Sequence record: KJ019152.1
Strand: one strand, 5' to 3'
Length of the DNA stretch: 64,000 bases
Shown: positions 1 to 12,000 of the stretch, piece after piece
Layout of the letters: every line of letters starts with the position of its first letter
Position numbering within the stretch: position 1 is the stretch's first letter
Notes under the pieces: model-generated
What the model was told of the DNA's origin: nothing
The model's input: only the letters and a program-made list of their open reading frames with translations
Databases searched by the model: none
Position numbers and translations under genes: made by a program

Positions 1-2
1 TC

Positions 3-3000
3 TCTCTGACAACACTTGGCAGTGAGAATCTTTATACTGCCTTTGAACTTACACAAGATGTAAGTATTGATGATACTATTATTCATGTTAATACTACAAG
101 TACCTTCCCCAACGAATGGGGTCTTCTAAAGATTGATGATGAGATTGTCACCTATACCGGTCTCACCACAAACACCTTCACTGGAGTTGTAAGAGGTTTT
201 AGTGGCATTTCTAGTTACAGAGATTCTGATAATCCTTCCGAACTTGTATTTGAAACCACAACCGCTGCCACTCACACTACAGAAACCAATGTTGAGAATC
301 TATCAACACTCTTCCTAAAGAATTTCTACGACAAACTCAAGTATACCTTTGCTCCTGGTTTTGAGAACCTAGAGTTCAATAGTGAAGTTAGTGTTGGTCA
401 GTGGATTCGTCAGGCAAGATCATTCTACCAATCTAAGGGTAGTGAAGAGTCCTTCAAGATTCTATTCAGAGTATTATATGGTGAAGATCCTCTAGTTATT
501 GATCTAGAGCAGTTCCTTATCAAACCTTCCCAAGCAGAGTACTCTAGAAGGGACTATGCGGTTGCTATTCCAGTCAGTGGTAACCCTATAACCCTCAAGG
601 GTAAGACAGTGTATCAGAGTGATGCAGAGGACGTGTTTGGTGCCATCTCAGAGATTGAGACATTTACTAGAGATAACAAATTATATTACAGAATCTACTT
701 CTTTGTTAGTAATGATGAAATTGCTAATGAGAGAAAACTATTCACTATCCCTGGTAGATCAAGAACACAGAGAGGATGGAATCAGGGTGACACTACAATC
801 ACTGTAGATACTACTCTTGGGTTTAGGGATAACAACGAGTTTATCACTGAAGATGGAACTAAGTTTACTTACTTGGAAAGGACTGTTAATCAGTTCCTAG
901 GTGTTGAATGTAGTGATACAGAGAAAACACTAGGTACTAATGAAGATATCATTGATGATATTACTATCTTTGGTATTAATGATGATGGTGAGACTGTCTC
1001 ACTACGTATGACTGGTGTTATCTCTGATATTGAGTTCCCCGATGAAGTCCCATTCACTACACCTGGGGAGAAGATATCTGTAGATACCTTAGGTGAGAAT
1101 ATCATCTCTGCTGATGTAACTAGAAGTGAGCCTACACAGAGACAGATCATTGCTAATAGTTTCATCTATAACACTTCAGTAAGAATGGAAGTAGATGAAC
1201 TCAATGGTTCTGATTTCCAAATCAATACTGCCTACTTAGATAAAGCTTTCATTTCTCCTGGTGACTCTGTTGATATTCTCCAAAGAGGCTCGCAGCTTGT
1301 CTATGTCGCTAATCGCAAAGTAACCTCAGTTGACTATCTCAATAGTATTATAACAATCAATGACTCATTTGGCATCCCTTTAGATCAATCACTTGATATC
1401 AGAAGGAATCAGAACTATGCAAAGAGTAGCACTACAGATATTGAGTATGGTCAGAACTCTGTTCTATCCAATGTTCTGAACCTTTATGATGCAACAGAGT
1501 TTGATGGTAACTTCTATGTTGCAACTAACTCCCTACCTTCCTATGATATGGAAGTTAAAGTTGTTGAGAGTATTCTTACTGGAGTTACTACTTCTAACTT
1601 TGAAGGATATAACTCATTCACTGATCAGTACTCAACAATTATCTTTGATTCTGCCACTTCATTCATAACTGGTGATCTAATTTCATATAGAGTTATCTCA
1701 GTAGAAAGAACAGGTATTCCCCTTATCACTGAAGGTGAATACTTTGTAGAGGTTCTCAGCAACCCCAGAAAGATTAAACTATATGTATCACCTTCCTTTA
1801 TTGGAAGTGATAACTTTGTTGGATTCGTATATAACGATGCAGTAGGTGCTCATGCATTCACTCTAGAGGAACAGAAAGATAGAAGAATCAATACTAAGAA
1901 TGTATTCAAGAAGATTCCCTTCACAGCAACCAAACAGAATATCACTATCCCTAGAACACCCGATGTAACCCCCTCAGGTTCCCCTGTGGCAGTTCTTACT
2001 AATGGTGTAGAGGTATTGTCATATAAGTCACCAGATAAGGTGTTCTTGGGTCCTTTAGAAGAAGTTGTTCCTGTTGCTTCTGGTGAGGGTTATAGTGTTA
2101 TTGGACCACCCAATATCCTAATCACACCACCTAATATTCAAGTTACAGATCCAACTGGTATTCCTACTGATGGTGGTGTTGCTAGAGTATCACCAGTTAT
2201 CTCTGGTAGGTTGAAGAAGATCTATATCGATCCACAAGACTTTGATATTGAGGAAGTATTCTCAATCACTGTTGTTGGTGGTAACAGTCGTGGTGCCACA
2301 GCAAAACCACAGATTTCTAAGAGAACTCGTTCTATCCCCTTTGATACGAGACTTGATATCTACGGTGGTGGTATTAATCCAAATGAAGAGACCATCCTAT
2401 TCTTAACTGAACACAAACTCGCCAAGGGTGATGCAATTATCTACGAAAACAACGATACACAAAGTATTGGTGTTAATGTTGCTGGTGGTAGTAACATCTA
2501 TAATGGCCAGACACTATCTAACGGTGCTGTGTATTTTGCAGAACCCCTTAATAATGTAACCATTAAGATCTATGAGACTCTAGAAGATTTGAACTTGGGT
2601 ATCAATACCGTTGGGTTCACTTCAAGTCAAACTGGGTTTGGTGTTCAGGACTTTACTACTATTCCTAGAAACCAACTCACTGGTGCTCTCATCACAGATG
2701 ATGGTGGTGAGTTTGTATATCGTAAGATGGAGTTCCAACCAGAGAACATCTATCCTGAGTATGATGAGTTGAGATACGACGGTCATGGTTTCTCCAGTGG
2801 TGATTTGGTGGAGTATGGAACCTTTGGTTCTGTTGTTGGTGGTCTATCTACTGAGAAGCAATACTATGTTGATGCTTTAGATGAAAATATCATCAAACTA
2901 TCTGATGCCGGTATTGGTGGAACAAGTAGGTTTGACTATGATAGGAAGGACTATGTTGATTTCACCAACATTGGTGTTGGAACACAGTTTATCAAGTACC

Positions 3001-6000
3001 CTGATGTCACTGTCAATGTTGTAGTATCCTATGCCTCGTCTATCACTGGTATCATTACAGCAACACCTATTATCCGCGGTGGTATTATTCAAACTTATGT
3101 TGATACTGGAGGATACTATGGTTCTGATATTCTCAACTTCGCCAAGACACCAGAAGTAACAGTTCAGACTGGTGAAGGTGCTAGAATCAAACCAGTTATT
3201 GTTAATGGTAAGGTTACCACAGTTCAGATTCTAAGTAAGGGTATCAACTACCCACCCACACCAGATCTTCGTGTTATTGATAAGTCTCGTAAAGGTGCTG
3301 GTGCTCTTCTTCGCCCAGTAGTTATTGATGGTGCTATCCAGAGTGTTGTTGTTATTAGCACTGGTGAAAACTATGATCCATTGAATACTGATATTACAGT
3401 AATTGATACTGCTAGACGATGTATTCTTGTTCCTAGAATTACACCTCTCACAGTTAATACCTTTGCTAGATTTGGATTCGAAGGTCTATCTAATAATGAC
3501 TACTCGGTTGTTGCCTATGACAGAAAGATTCGTGAGGATGTATATGGTGACCTAGGTGCTTCCCACTCACCCATCATTGGTTGGGCAAACGATGGTAACC
3601 CCATCTATGGTGGTTTTGGTTTCGATGATCCAGAGAACTCCAGTTCTGGTTTCCGGGCGATGAGAACTTCCTATGAACTCTTCCCTGGTGAGATCTATGG
3701 TCGTCCCCCACTAACACTATATCCTGCTGGTTCTTTTGTTGAGGACTACAAGTTTACAGATAATGGTGATCTAGACATCTATAATGGTAGGTATGGTAGA
3801 ACTCCTGAGTACCCTAATGGTGTGTATGCATACTTCGCTGGTATCTCCACTGATACTCAGTCACTAGCAAGAGAACCACAATTCCCTTACTTCATTGGTC
3901 CTGAGTTTAGGGATGGATTGGGTATTCAAGATAATACTGTATCCCAAGATTTTGATATTAATAATAAGGATATTTTCCGTAATACTTTCCCATATGCCGT
4001 AGGTAACCCTATTATCGGCAGTGAGTTCCTAGATCAATCATACTTAGAGGATACTCAGGATTCTATTATACAATCTATCAATAATGGTACTGTTGATAAC
4101 TTAACCATCGTTGGTGCTGGTGTTAGTTACTCTGTTGGTGATATTGTTAATTTTGATGATACTTTCGACTACATTAGTGTAGTTGTAGATCAGGTAGATG
4201 GTCCCGAGGTAACACAGATTCAAACTCTCATCAAGAGTTATGGTAAAGCAGAAACCAAAGTCATTAAAGTTGATAACACAACTGTTCGTGTTTATGTTGA
4301 TCCCTTCCACGAGTATCTTGATGGAGATAAAGTTGTAATTAGTGGTCTATCAACAAACACAGATCAACTCAACGGGACTCATGAGATTAACTTCATGAGG
4401 GAGCAAATGACAATGTTTGCTCCTATTCCTCCTACTTTGTTTGAGACAGTATCTGATATCTTTGTCAATACTATTTCAGATAAGGTTTCTGTTGGTTCTA
4501 GTATTACTGTTGGTCTTGGCACTCTATCGGAGGATATGGAAGTTATCAACATCTTCCCTATTAATAAGGCACTTCGGGTTAAGAGACCAGTAGGTTATGG
4601 TTTCACACACCCAATTGGTGATGCTGTTAACATTGCTCCTAATTACTTTGATATTAAGAAGAATGTAGATTCATTCCCGTCTGAGATTGATGTTGAGTAC
4701 TACTTCAACCCACACCAAACAGTGGCAGTTGGATTGGAGACTGGTGTAAGTGTTGGTTTGGTGTATTCAATTGGTACTATCGATAAGAATATCTCAGTAC
4801 AGACTCAAAGAATATATGCACCATCCCATGGTTTCAGAACTGGTGAGGAGATTACTTTTGAGAAGAATGATACTGATACTGCATTAGTTGTAACAGACGG
4901 TAGTACTGTATATACACTACCTGGTGTAGGTAATACAAGTAACGCATATGTTGTATCACTATCCAAGAACTATATTGGTATTAGAACAGTAACAGATGGT
5001 CCTGATCTATTCTTCTCTACTGATGGTTCCGATTCTCCTCTATATTCTATTAAGACTAATCGTTTCGCTGAGACTGCATTAGTAGATAGAATTCAGGCAG
5101 AAGTTAAAACGAAAACGGATCATAGGTTGGGGAATGACGATCAGATATTTACTGATGTTATTTCTTCTGGAAAATCAGGTGTAGGTACTAACCCCAACAT
5201 CAAACTTGAGTTCGATGATTCATCACAATCACTTATTGTAGATCCATACTTCACACAACCTAGTGATATTGATACGGTTAATAACCTAATTAATATCAAT
5301 AACCACGGTTATACTAATGGGGATATTGTTCTATATCAAAACTATGGAAGTTCTATTGGTGGTTTAACAACTCATCACAAATATTACACTATTCCCTTTG
5401 ATAGGGATAAGTTCTATGTTGCTGAAACATTTGTTGATGTAAGACCCGGAACTAAACTACCTGTGAATCTAACTTCTGTTGGTATTGGTTCCCATAAGTT
5501 CTCCAAGGTCAATCCACCACTACTCATCACTAATAATAATGATATTGAGTTTGATGTGTCATCACCAACTCTATTTGGTAAAACACTAGAATTCTTCTTT
5601 GATCGGACTCTAACTGAAATATTTGATAATAACAGTATAGACAATGTATTTGTTGTTTCTGGTGTATCTACTGAGGGATACGAGGATGCTAGGAAGTCTA
5701 TTAGATACTCTGATAACAATCCAGATGTATTCTTCTATGGTATTACTGAAGGTGGTTATATTTCCACTGCAGATACTGAAGTATCTAGAAACAACTCTAT
5801 TAGATATGAGGCAAGTGAGTACGCAATTGAAGGTAGAGTAACCGTTATAGACGATAGCACCTTTACCTATACACTCAATACTATTCCCGAGAAGCCACTA
5901 TACACTAATCCTGATACACAACTCTCATACAAGACTTCCTCTAGTACTGCTCTAGGTGGTGTTGGTAGATTGAATATCATCTTCAGTGGTAATAACTTCC

Positions 6001-9000
6001 CAGCTCTACCTGAGTTTGAGGGTATTCAAACTGAGTATGGGCAGAACGCAACTATCAGAGCAGAGTCTGATGATATTGGAACACTTGCTTCCTTCAGAAT
6101 CCAGAACGCTGGTTGGGATTACTCCGCTGATAATACACTTCGCCCCTTTGGTGTTATTCAACCAACCATTAGATTTGATAATAGTGACTTTGTTACTGAG
6201 GTTACTGTTCTTGATGGTGGTAATGGATATCAGAACCCCCCTAATGCTGTTCTAGTAGACTCTGTAACAAGAGAAGTAGTAGATAATGGATCTATCATCC
6301 TAGAGGTACAATCATCCACCATCACAGATGTTATTGTTGAGGTTGCTCCTTCTGGTTTATCCAAGGATCTCCAAGAACTATGGACTGTCAATAATAGTAA
6401 TGGTATTCCTATCCTACTAATTGGTAACATTGATAATGTTGCTGGTGTAGTTACATATACAGTACAGACTCCTATTGAGGGTTATGCAACACCACCATTC
6501 TCAGTTGGTGATAGAGTATTTGTTGAGAATATTCTAGTAGATCAAGATGCTCCCCCCTCTAAACTCAATTCTGGTGATTATGGGTATCAGTTCTTGGAAG
6601 TTGTTGCCGTAACACCAACAAACCCAATCACTATTGGTATTCAGTATCCTGAAGAAGCTATTGGTAACCTAGGTTATGGTGTTACTTTCCAACAGGCTTT
6701 CTCTGGTATTGTTAACGAGGATATCTATCCTAAGTTTGCAGTACAACAGACAACTGCAGTCTTCCTAGAGGGTGAGAGACTTTCTATCTTTGATTCCTTT
6801 GGTAATCTTGATGAGACTGACCTAGTTGTGGAAGAGTCCAACACTAGTTTCTTTAAAGTTACTGGAAACTATGATTTATTGGTTGGTGATGTACTCAAGG
6901 GTAACAATAGTGGTGTTATTTTAACTGTTACTGAAATTGACAGTAGTAGTTGTAGATATCTAGTTGATTCTATCTCCAGAATCAACACTGGTTGGAACGA
7001 TAAGACAGGTTTCCTTAATGAGGAGACACAGAACCTACCAGATAACGATTACTATCAGAATCTATCTTACTCAATTAAGAGTACAATTAACTTCGAGGAA
7101 CTTATCAACCCAGTCAATAGATTGGTACATCCTTCTGGTCTAAAGAACTTCTCTGATACCAAGATTGAGTCCATTGGTGATATTGGTGTTGGTAGTAGTG
7201 AGAGCTCTGAGTCAACAGTTACTATTGACTTTATTGGTCTAACTGATATAGCAGAAACTCCACTGAGAGTTGATCGCATCAATGTATTCGACTTGGGTTG
7301 GGATGCCAATGTCAATAACAACAGATCTAACGCCATTAGACTTCAGAGTAGAACTCCTAACAAGAGACTAACTGACTATATCGAAGTTCGTACTAACAGA
7401 GTATTGATGCATGACGACATCAGTAACGAGTTTATTGACTCAGATAACGCCTCTTCCAAGTCCCCCTATAGTGAGTTCAATATTATCACTGGTGAATATA
7501 CCAGAGGATTGGTTCAGGCAAGAAATCCCTTCACTGATCAAGTTCAATTCACTGAGATTATTGTTTTATCAGTTGATAACAGTGCCTTCACTTTACAGAA
7601 GGCGAGTATCTCTGATAATGATCTTGGTTATGGTATCTTTGAGGGTAGATCTTTAGCTAGTAGTGAATATCAAATGAGATTCACTCCCTTCAACACAGAT
7701 GATTTTGATATTGACCTAAAACTACTATCCCATAAGTTTATCTTTAGTGGTGAGTCAGCTGAAGAGATTGGATATGTAAACCTAGCCGGTAATACACTAT
7801 CTACACCAGACGCTGCTAGTACTCAAATATATGGAGCTAGTAATAGTAATAATAGAGCAGTTGTTGTTCACGCAAATATTACCACAATTGATGGTCTTCT
7901 TTATTACTATGAGATATATGCTTTTACTGATGGTACTGATGTATACTATGCACCTTATGGTTATAGTAGTGATGTACTAAAGGGTTTCAATAGTGAGTTG
8001 GATGGTGATTTTAACGCCACACTACAAGGTGGTAAGTTGGCAATCTACTTCACTAATAATACTGGTGGTCCAGTTAGTATCACCACCAAGTCTATTGAGT
8101 TCAAGCAGTCTTTCAGTGGAACATCACCTTATAGATTTAAGAAAAATAATGTTCCTGATACTGAAGAAAGAAGTATTATTCTAGACTCAGTATCCACTGC
8201 GGGTGTTAGTACACAAACCACTGAGGTATTCAGATACGACACCACTCTATTTCAGAGTGTTAGATCTATCGTTCATATCTCTGGTACGGATGTTGGTGCC
8301 ATTCATCAGGTAATGACTATCAATAGTGATGGTTCTACTTATTGTGAAGTGTATCCTTTCATTACTGAGGGTGATGAGGTAGATTCTACTTCTGGTATTG
8401 GTACCTTTGGTTCATCAATTGATGGAACTGATATGGTTCTAACTTTCTATCCAGATGCAGCTATTGGAAGTCAGGCACTAACTCTCACCTCCTATAACGA
8501 AACATTCTATAGAGAATTGGATGAAGTTAACTACACATTCGGTAGACCATTAGTTTATTCTGAGAGTGAGGAGAACTACTACTTAGAGAGGTATATTGCT
8601 CCTCTAGGTTTGAGAAACAACCTACTTAGATTCCCTCTGACATACGAAGGTATTCCCATCTATGAGAAGGCATTTGATCCAGCAACTACAATTAGCATAA
8701 ACAACGGTAATTTGACATTGTTCAACATTACTGAGCACTTCTTTAGTCCAGCTGAAGAACTATATTACCTACCAGATACAACTTTAGCTAACAACCTCAA
8801 ATCTCCTATCGAGATTCAACCAGTTGTTGATTATAGAGGTATAACAACTTCTACAATGCCTGACAGAGTGTATGCCATCAAGAGGGATCTAAATGTATTC
8901 CAACTAGCACCAACTGCATCTGATGCACTTGCTGGTCAAGCAATTGTTATCACTGGGTTTGGTACTGGTATTTCCCATAGATTGGGTATGATGAAGAAGC

Positions 9001-12000
9001 TAGAGAAGACTATCATTACCATTGATGGTGTTATCCAGTCTCCTATTACTAGCGCACTCAAAACATTCAATCTAGATGCACCACTAGGTTTTGATGACGA
9101 ATATGCAGTTCTAACTGGTATTGGTACTATTCGTGTTGGTGATCTATTTCTAATTGATGAGGAGTACTTAAAGATTGATAATGTTGGATTATCTACATCA
9201 CAGACTGGTCCTATTAGTAATACTGGTACTATTCCTCTAATTGAAATTAGTAGAGGTGTTGTTGGTTCTTCCGCAACTAGTCATACTAGTGGTTCTGATC
9301 TCGATCTATACAGAGGTAGCTTCAATATTGTTGAGAGTGACGTTGTATTCACCGAAGCACCTGCTGGTAGGGGTGAGATTAATATCAATGAGTCCAACCT
9401 AGTACAGGTTAACTCATCATTCCAAGGTAGAACATTCCTACAGAGAGAGTATGATCAGATTGCACTATTTGATGATATCAGTGATTTGTTCAATGGTTCA
9501 GATTATGAGTTCAACATTACTTCCGCTGGTAGTACTATTGGTGAGATTGAGAATGGTTCTGGTGTTCTAACCATCAACGATATCTACCAAACTCCAACTA
9601 CCGATAACAACGCAGGTAACAACTATTTCTATAGTTATGGAGCACAAACTGGTATCAATACTCTAACCTTTACTGGTATTACTTCCACTAATGGTCAGAG
9701 AGTTGAGTCTAGATTTGATATCAATCAGAACCAGATTCCTCGCGGTGGTGTTATCGTATCACTAGGTTCTACACCTGGTTTGGGATACGCCCCACTCTAT
9801 GGAGCAAAGATAACTCCAGTAGTTACTGGTGGTGTTATTACTGATATTGTAACAACCAATAGAGTTGGTTTTACAACTGATGTTCTTTGGGCAGACTATG
9901 ATAACGAAACTGGTGACTTGGTTGTTTCTGGTATTGGATCGGCACTAACCACACAGTTCAACATCACAGATGCCGACTATCGTAACACCTCCGGCGTCCT
10001 AATTATCACGAGCGCAACTTCTCTAATATCTGCTGGTATCAACCCAGGTGATATTATGTATCTGAGAGGTATGGACTTCTCCTGTACTTCAGGTGGAGCA
10101 CCTGCCACACTTACATACCCAGACCAAGACCCAGTATACGCTGTGGATAGGATTGTAGATGAGTTTAGGTTCTCAGTGAACGCTGGAATATCTACTATTC
10201 CACATACTTATGTTTCTGGTGGTACCTGGCAAAAGTATTCACCATTCCAGTTTGGAAGGGAACAGATTAACCCCAAACAGGTTTATCTAAATGGTTTGGA
10301 GTTTGATTGTACCAATAGTCCATTCATCACTACCAATATCTTCCCTGATAGTTTCGAGTCAGCATCTTTTGTTACTCGTGATGATGATGCACACTTCAGA
10401 CTAAACGTTGGTATCGCAAGTTTCACACACGACTATGTTGGTAGTGGAATCTTTGGTCAGTATATTGAAAACAACCCAGGTTCTGGTTATATCGATAGAG
10501 TTTCTATCGCAGTTACTGATCCCAACCACTCTGGAACACCTGCAGAGATTGTGGGTATCCCAACTGCTGGTGGTGAGTTATCATTCACAATTATTGGTGG
10601 TGGTTCTGGATATAACCAACCAACCACAGATACCTTTGCTCCTGATCCAGCATACTTTAACCTTCCAGTTATTGGTGTATCTAGGAGAAATGTTGGATTC
10701 ACAACTATCACTGGTAAGAATCTCTTTGTAACTGTTGAGGTATCTGCAGCAACCACCACGGCAATCGGTCGTAGTGAGTTCTTTGAAGTTAGTGGTTACC
10801 AAATCACTAACCAGGGTTATGGTTTTGAAGAAGGTGATGTTATTGAGGTTGTTGGTATTCCTACTGATAAGAATCTATCCCAACCAATTGAACCCTTCCA
10901 ACTCACAGTTCTAGACACCTTCACCGATAACTTCTCCGCCTGGAACTTCGGTGAAACTGATTATATTGATAGTATCAAGACTCTACAGGATGGTTCAAGA
11001 CTTAACTTCCCACTTTCATACAAAGGTGAGGAACTATCCTTCGAATCAAATCCCTCCAATGAAGACTCTGCGGCAATTGATTTGGACGCTATCCTCCTCA
11101 TCTATGTGAATACAGTACTACAAGTACCTGGTGTAAGTTATGAGTTTACTGGTGGTAACACCTTTACATTCTCACAACCACCATTCCCACAGGATGATGT
11201 TGATATTTACTTCTATAGAGGTAAGAGGAATATTGATAGTACAGTTATTACTGAAATTGATGAATCTATTAGACCTGGTGATCAGTTACAACTTGTTAAA
11301 AACAATAAGTACAATGACAATGTATTCATTGACCTAACCAGAACACAGGACCTTAGAACAGTCACAGAGATTGCTTCTTCTGACACAGTTAGAACTAATA
11401 TCTACTTTGGTAACAAAGACTTAGATACTCTAAGAGAAAGGCAAGTCGGTTGGGAAAAACAGAAGAGAGATATCTTCATCTATGGTGAACCAGCACCTAA
11501 GACTAGAGATAGTCTAGAACCTGTTATTGTACCAACAGCGGCAATCATCAGAGATACCTCCAAATCACAAACAGAACTCTTTGTTAGTAACTCTGAGATA
11601 TTTGTTTATGAAGAAGATGTTCCTGGTTCTAGTATTGTTCTAACCAATATCAGTGGTGAGATCTATAGACCAGTTGAGTATAAGTACAATCCACCAGTAC
11701 TATTCGAACCCGCGTCAATACGCGCGAATGTAGATGGTAATGGTAAAGTAACTTCACTCACAATCCTAGACGCAGGACAAGGTTACCCAACAGGTACTGA
11801 AATCACTATTGGTATTTCTTCCACGGGTGATAGGGCAGAGGTTGGTACTACTATCCTCAATCCAATTGATGGTTCTATTATCTCTGTTATCCTATCTAAG
11901 AGTGGATCTGGTTACAATCAAAGTAACCCACCATTCGTTCTTATTTCAGAACCACAGGTAGATATTGAACCTTTGGAACTTATTCCAAATATCCAAGGTT

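Noticed and set aside
609-611. GTG start of the 3962-aa ORF
   Set aside because: The frame is open and protein-like back to position 3, so the gene starts outside the window.
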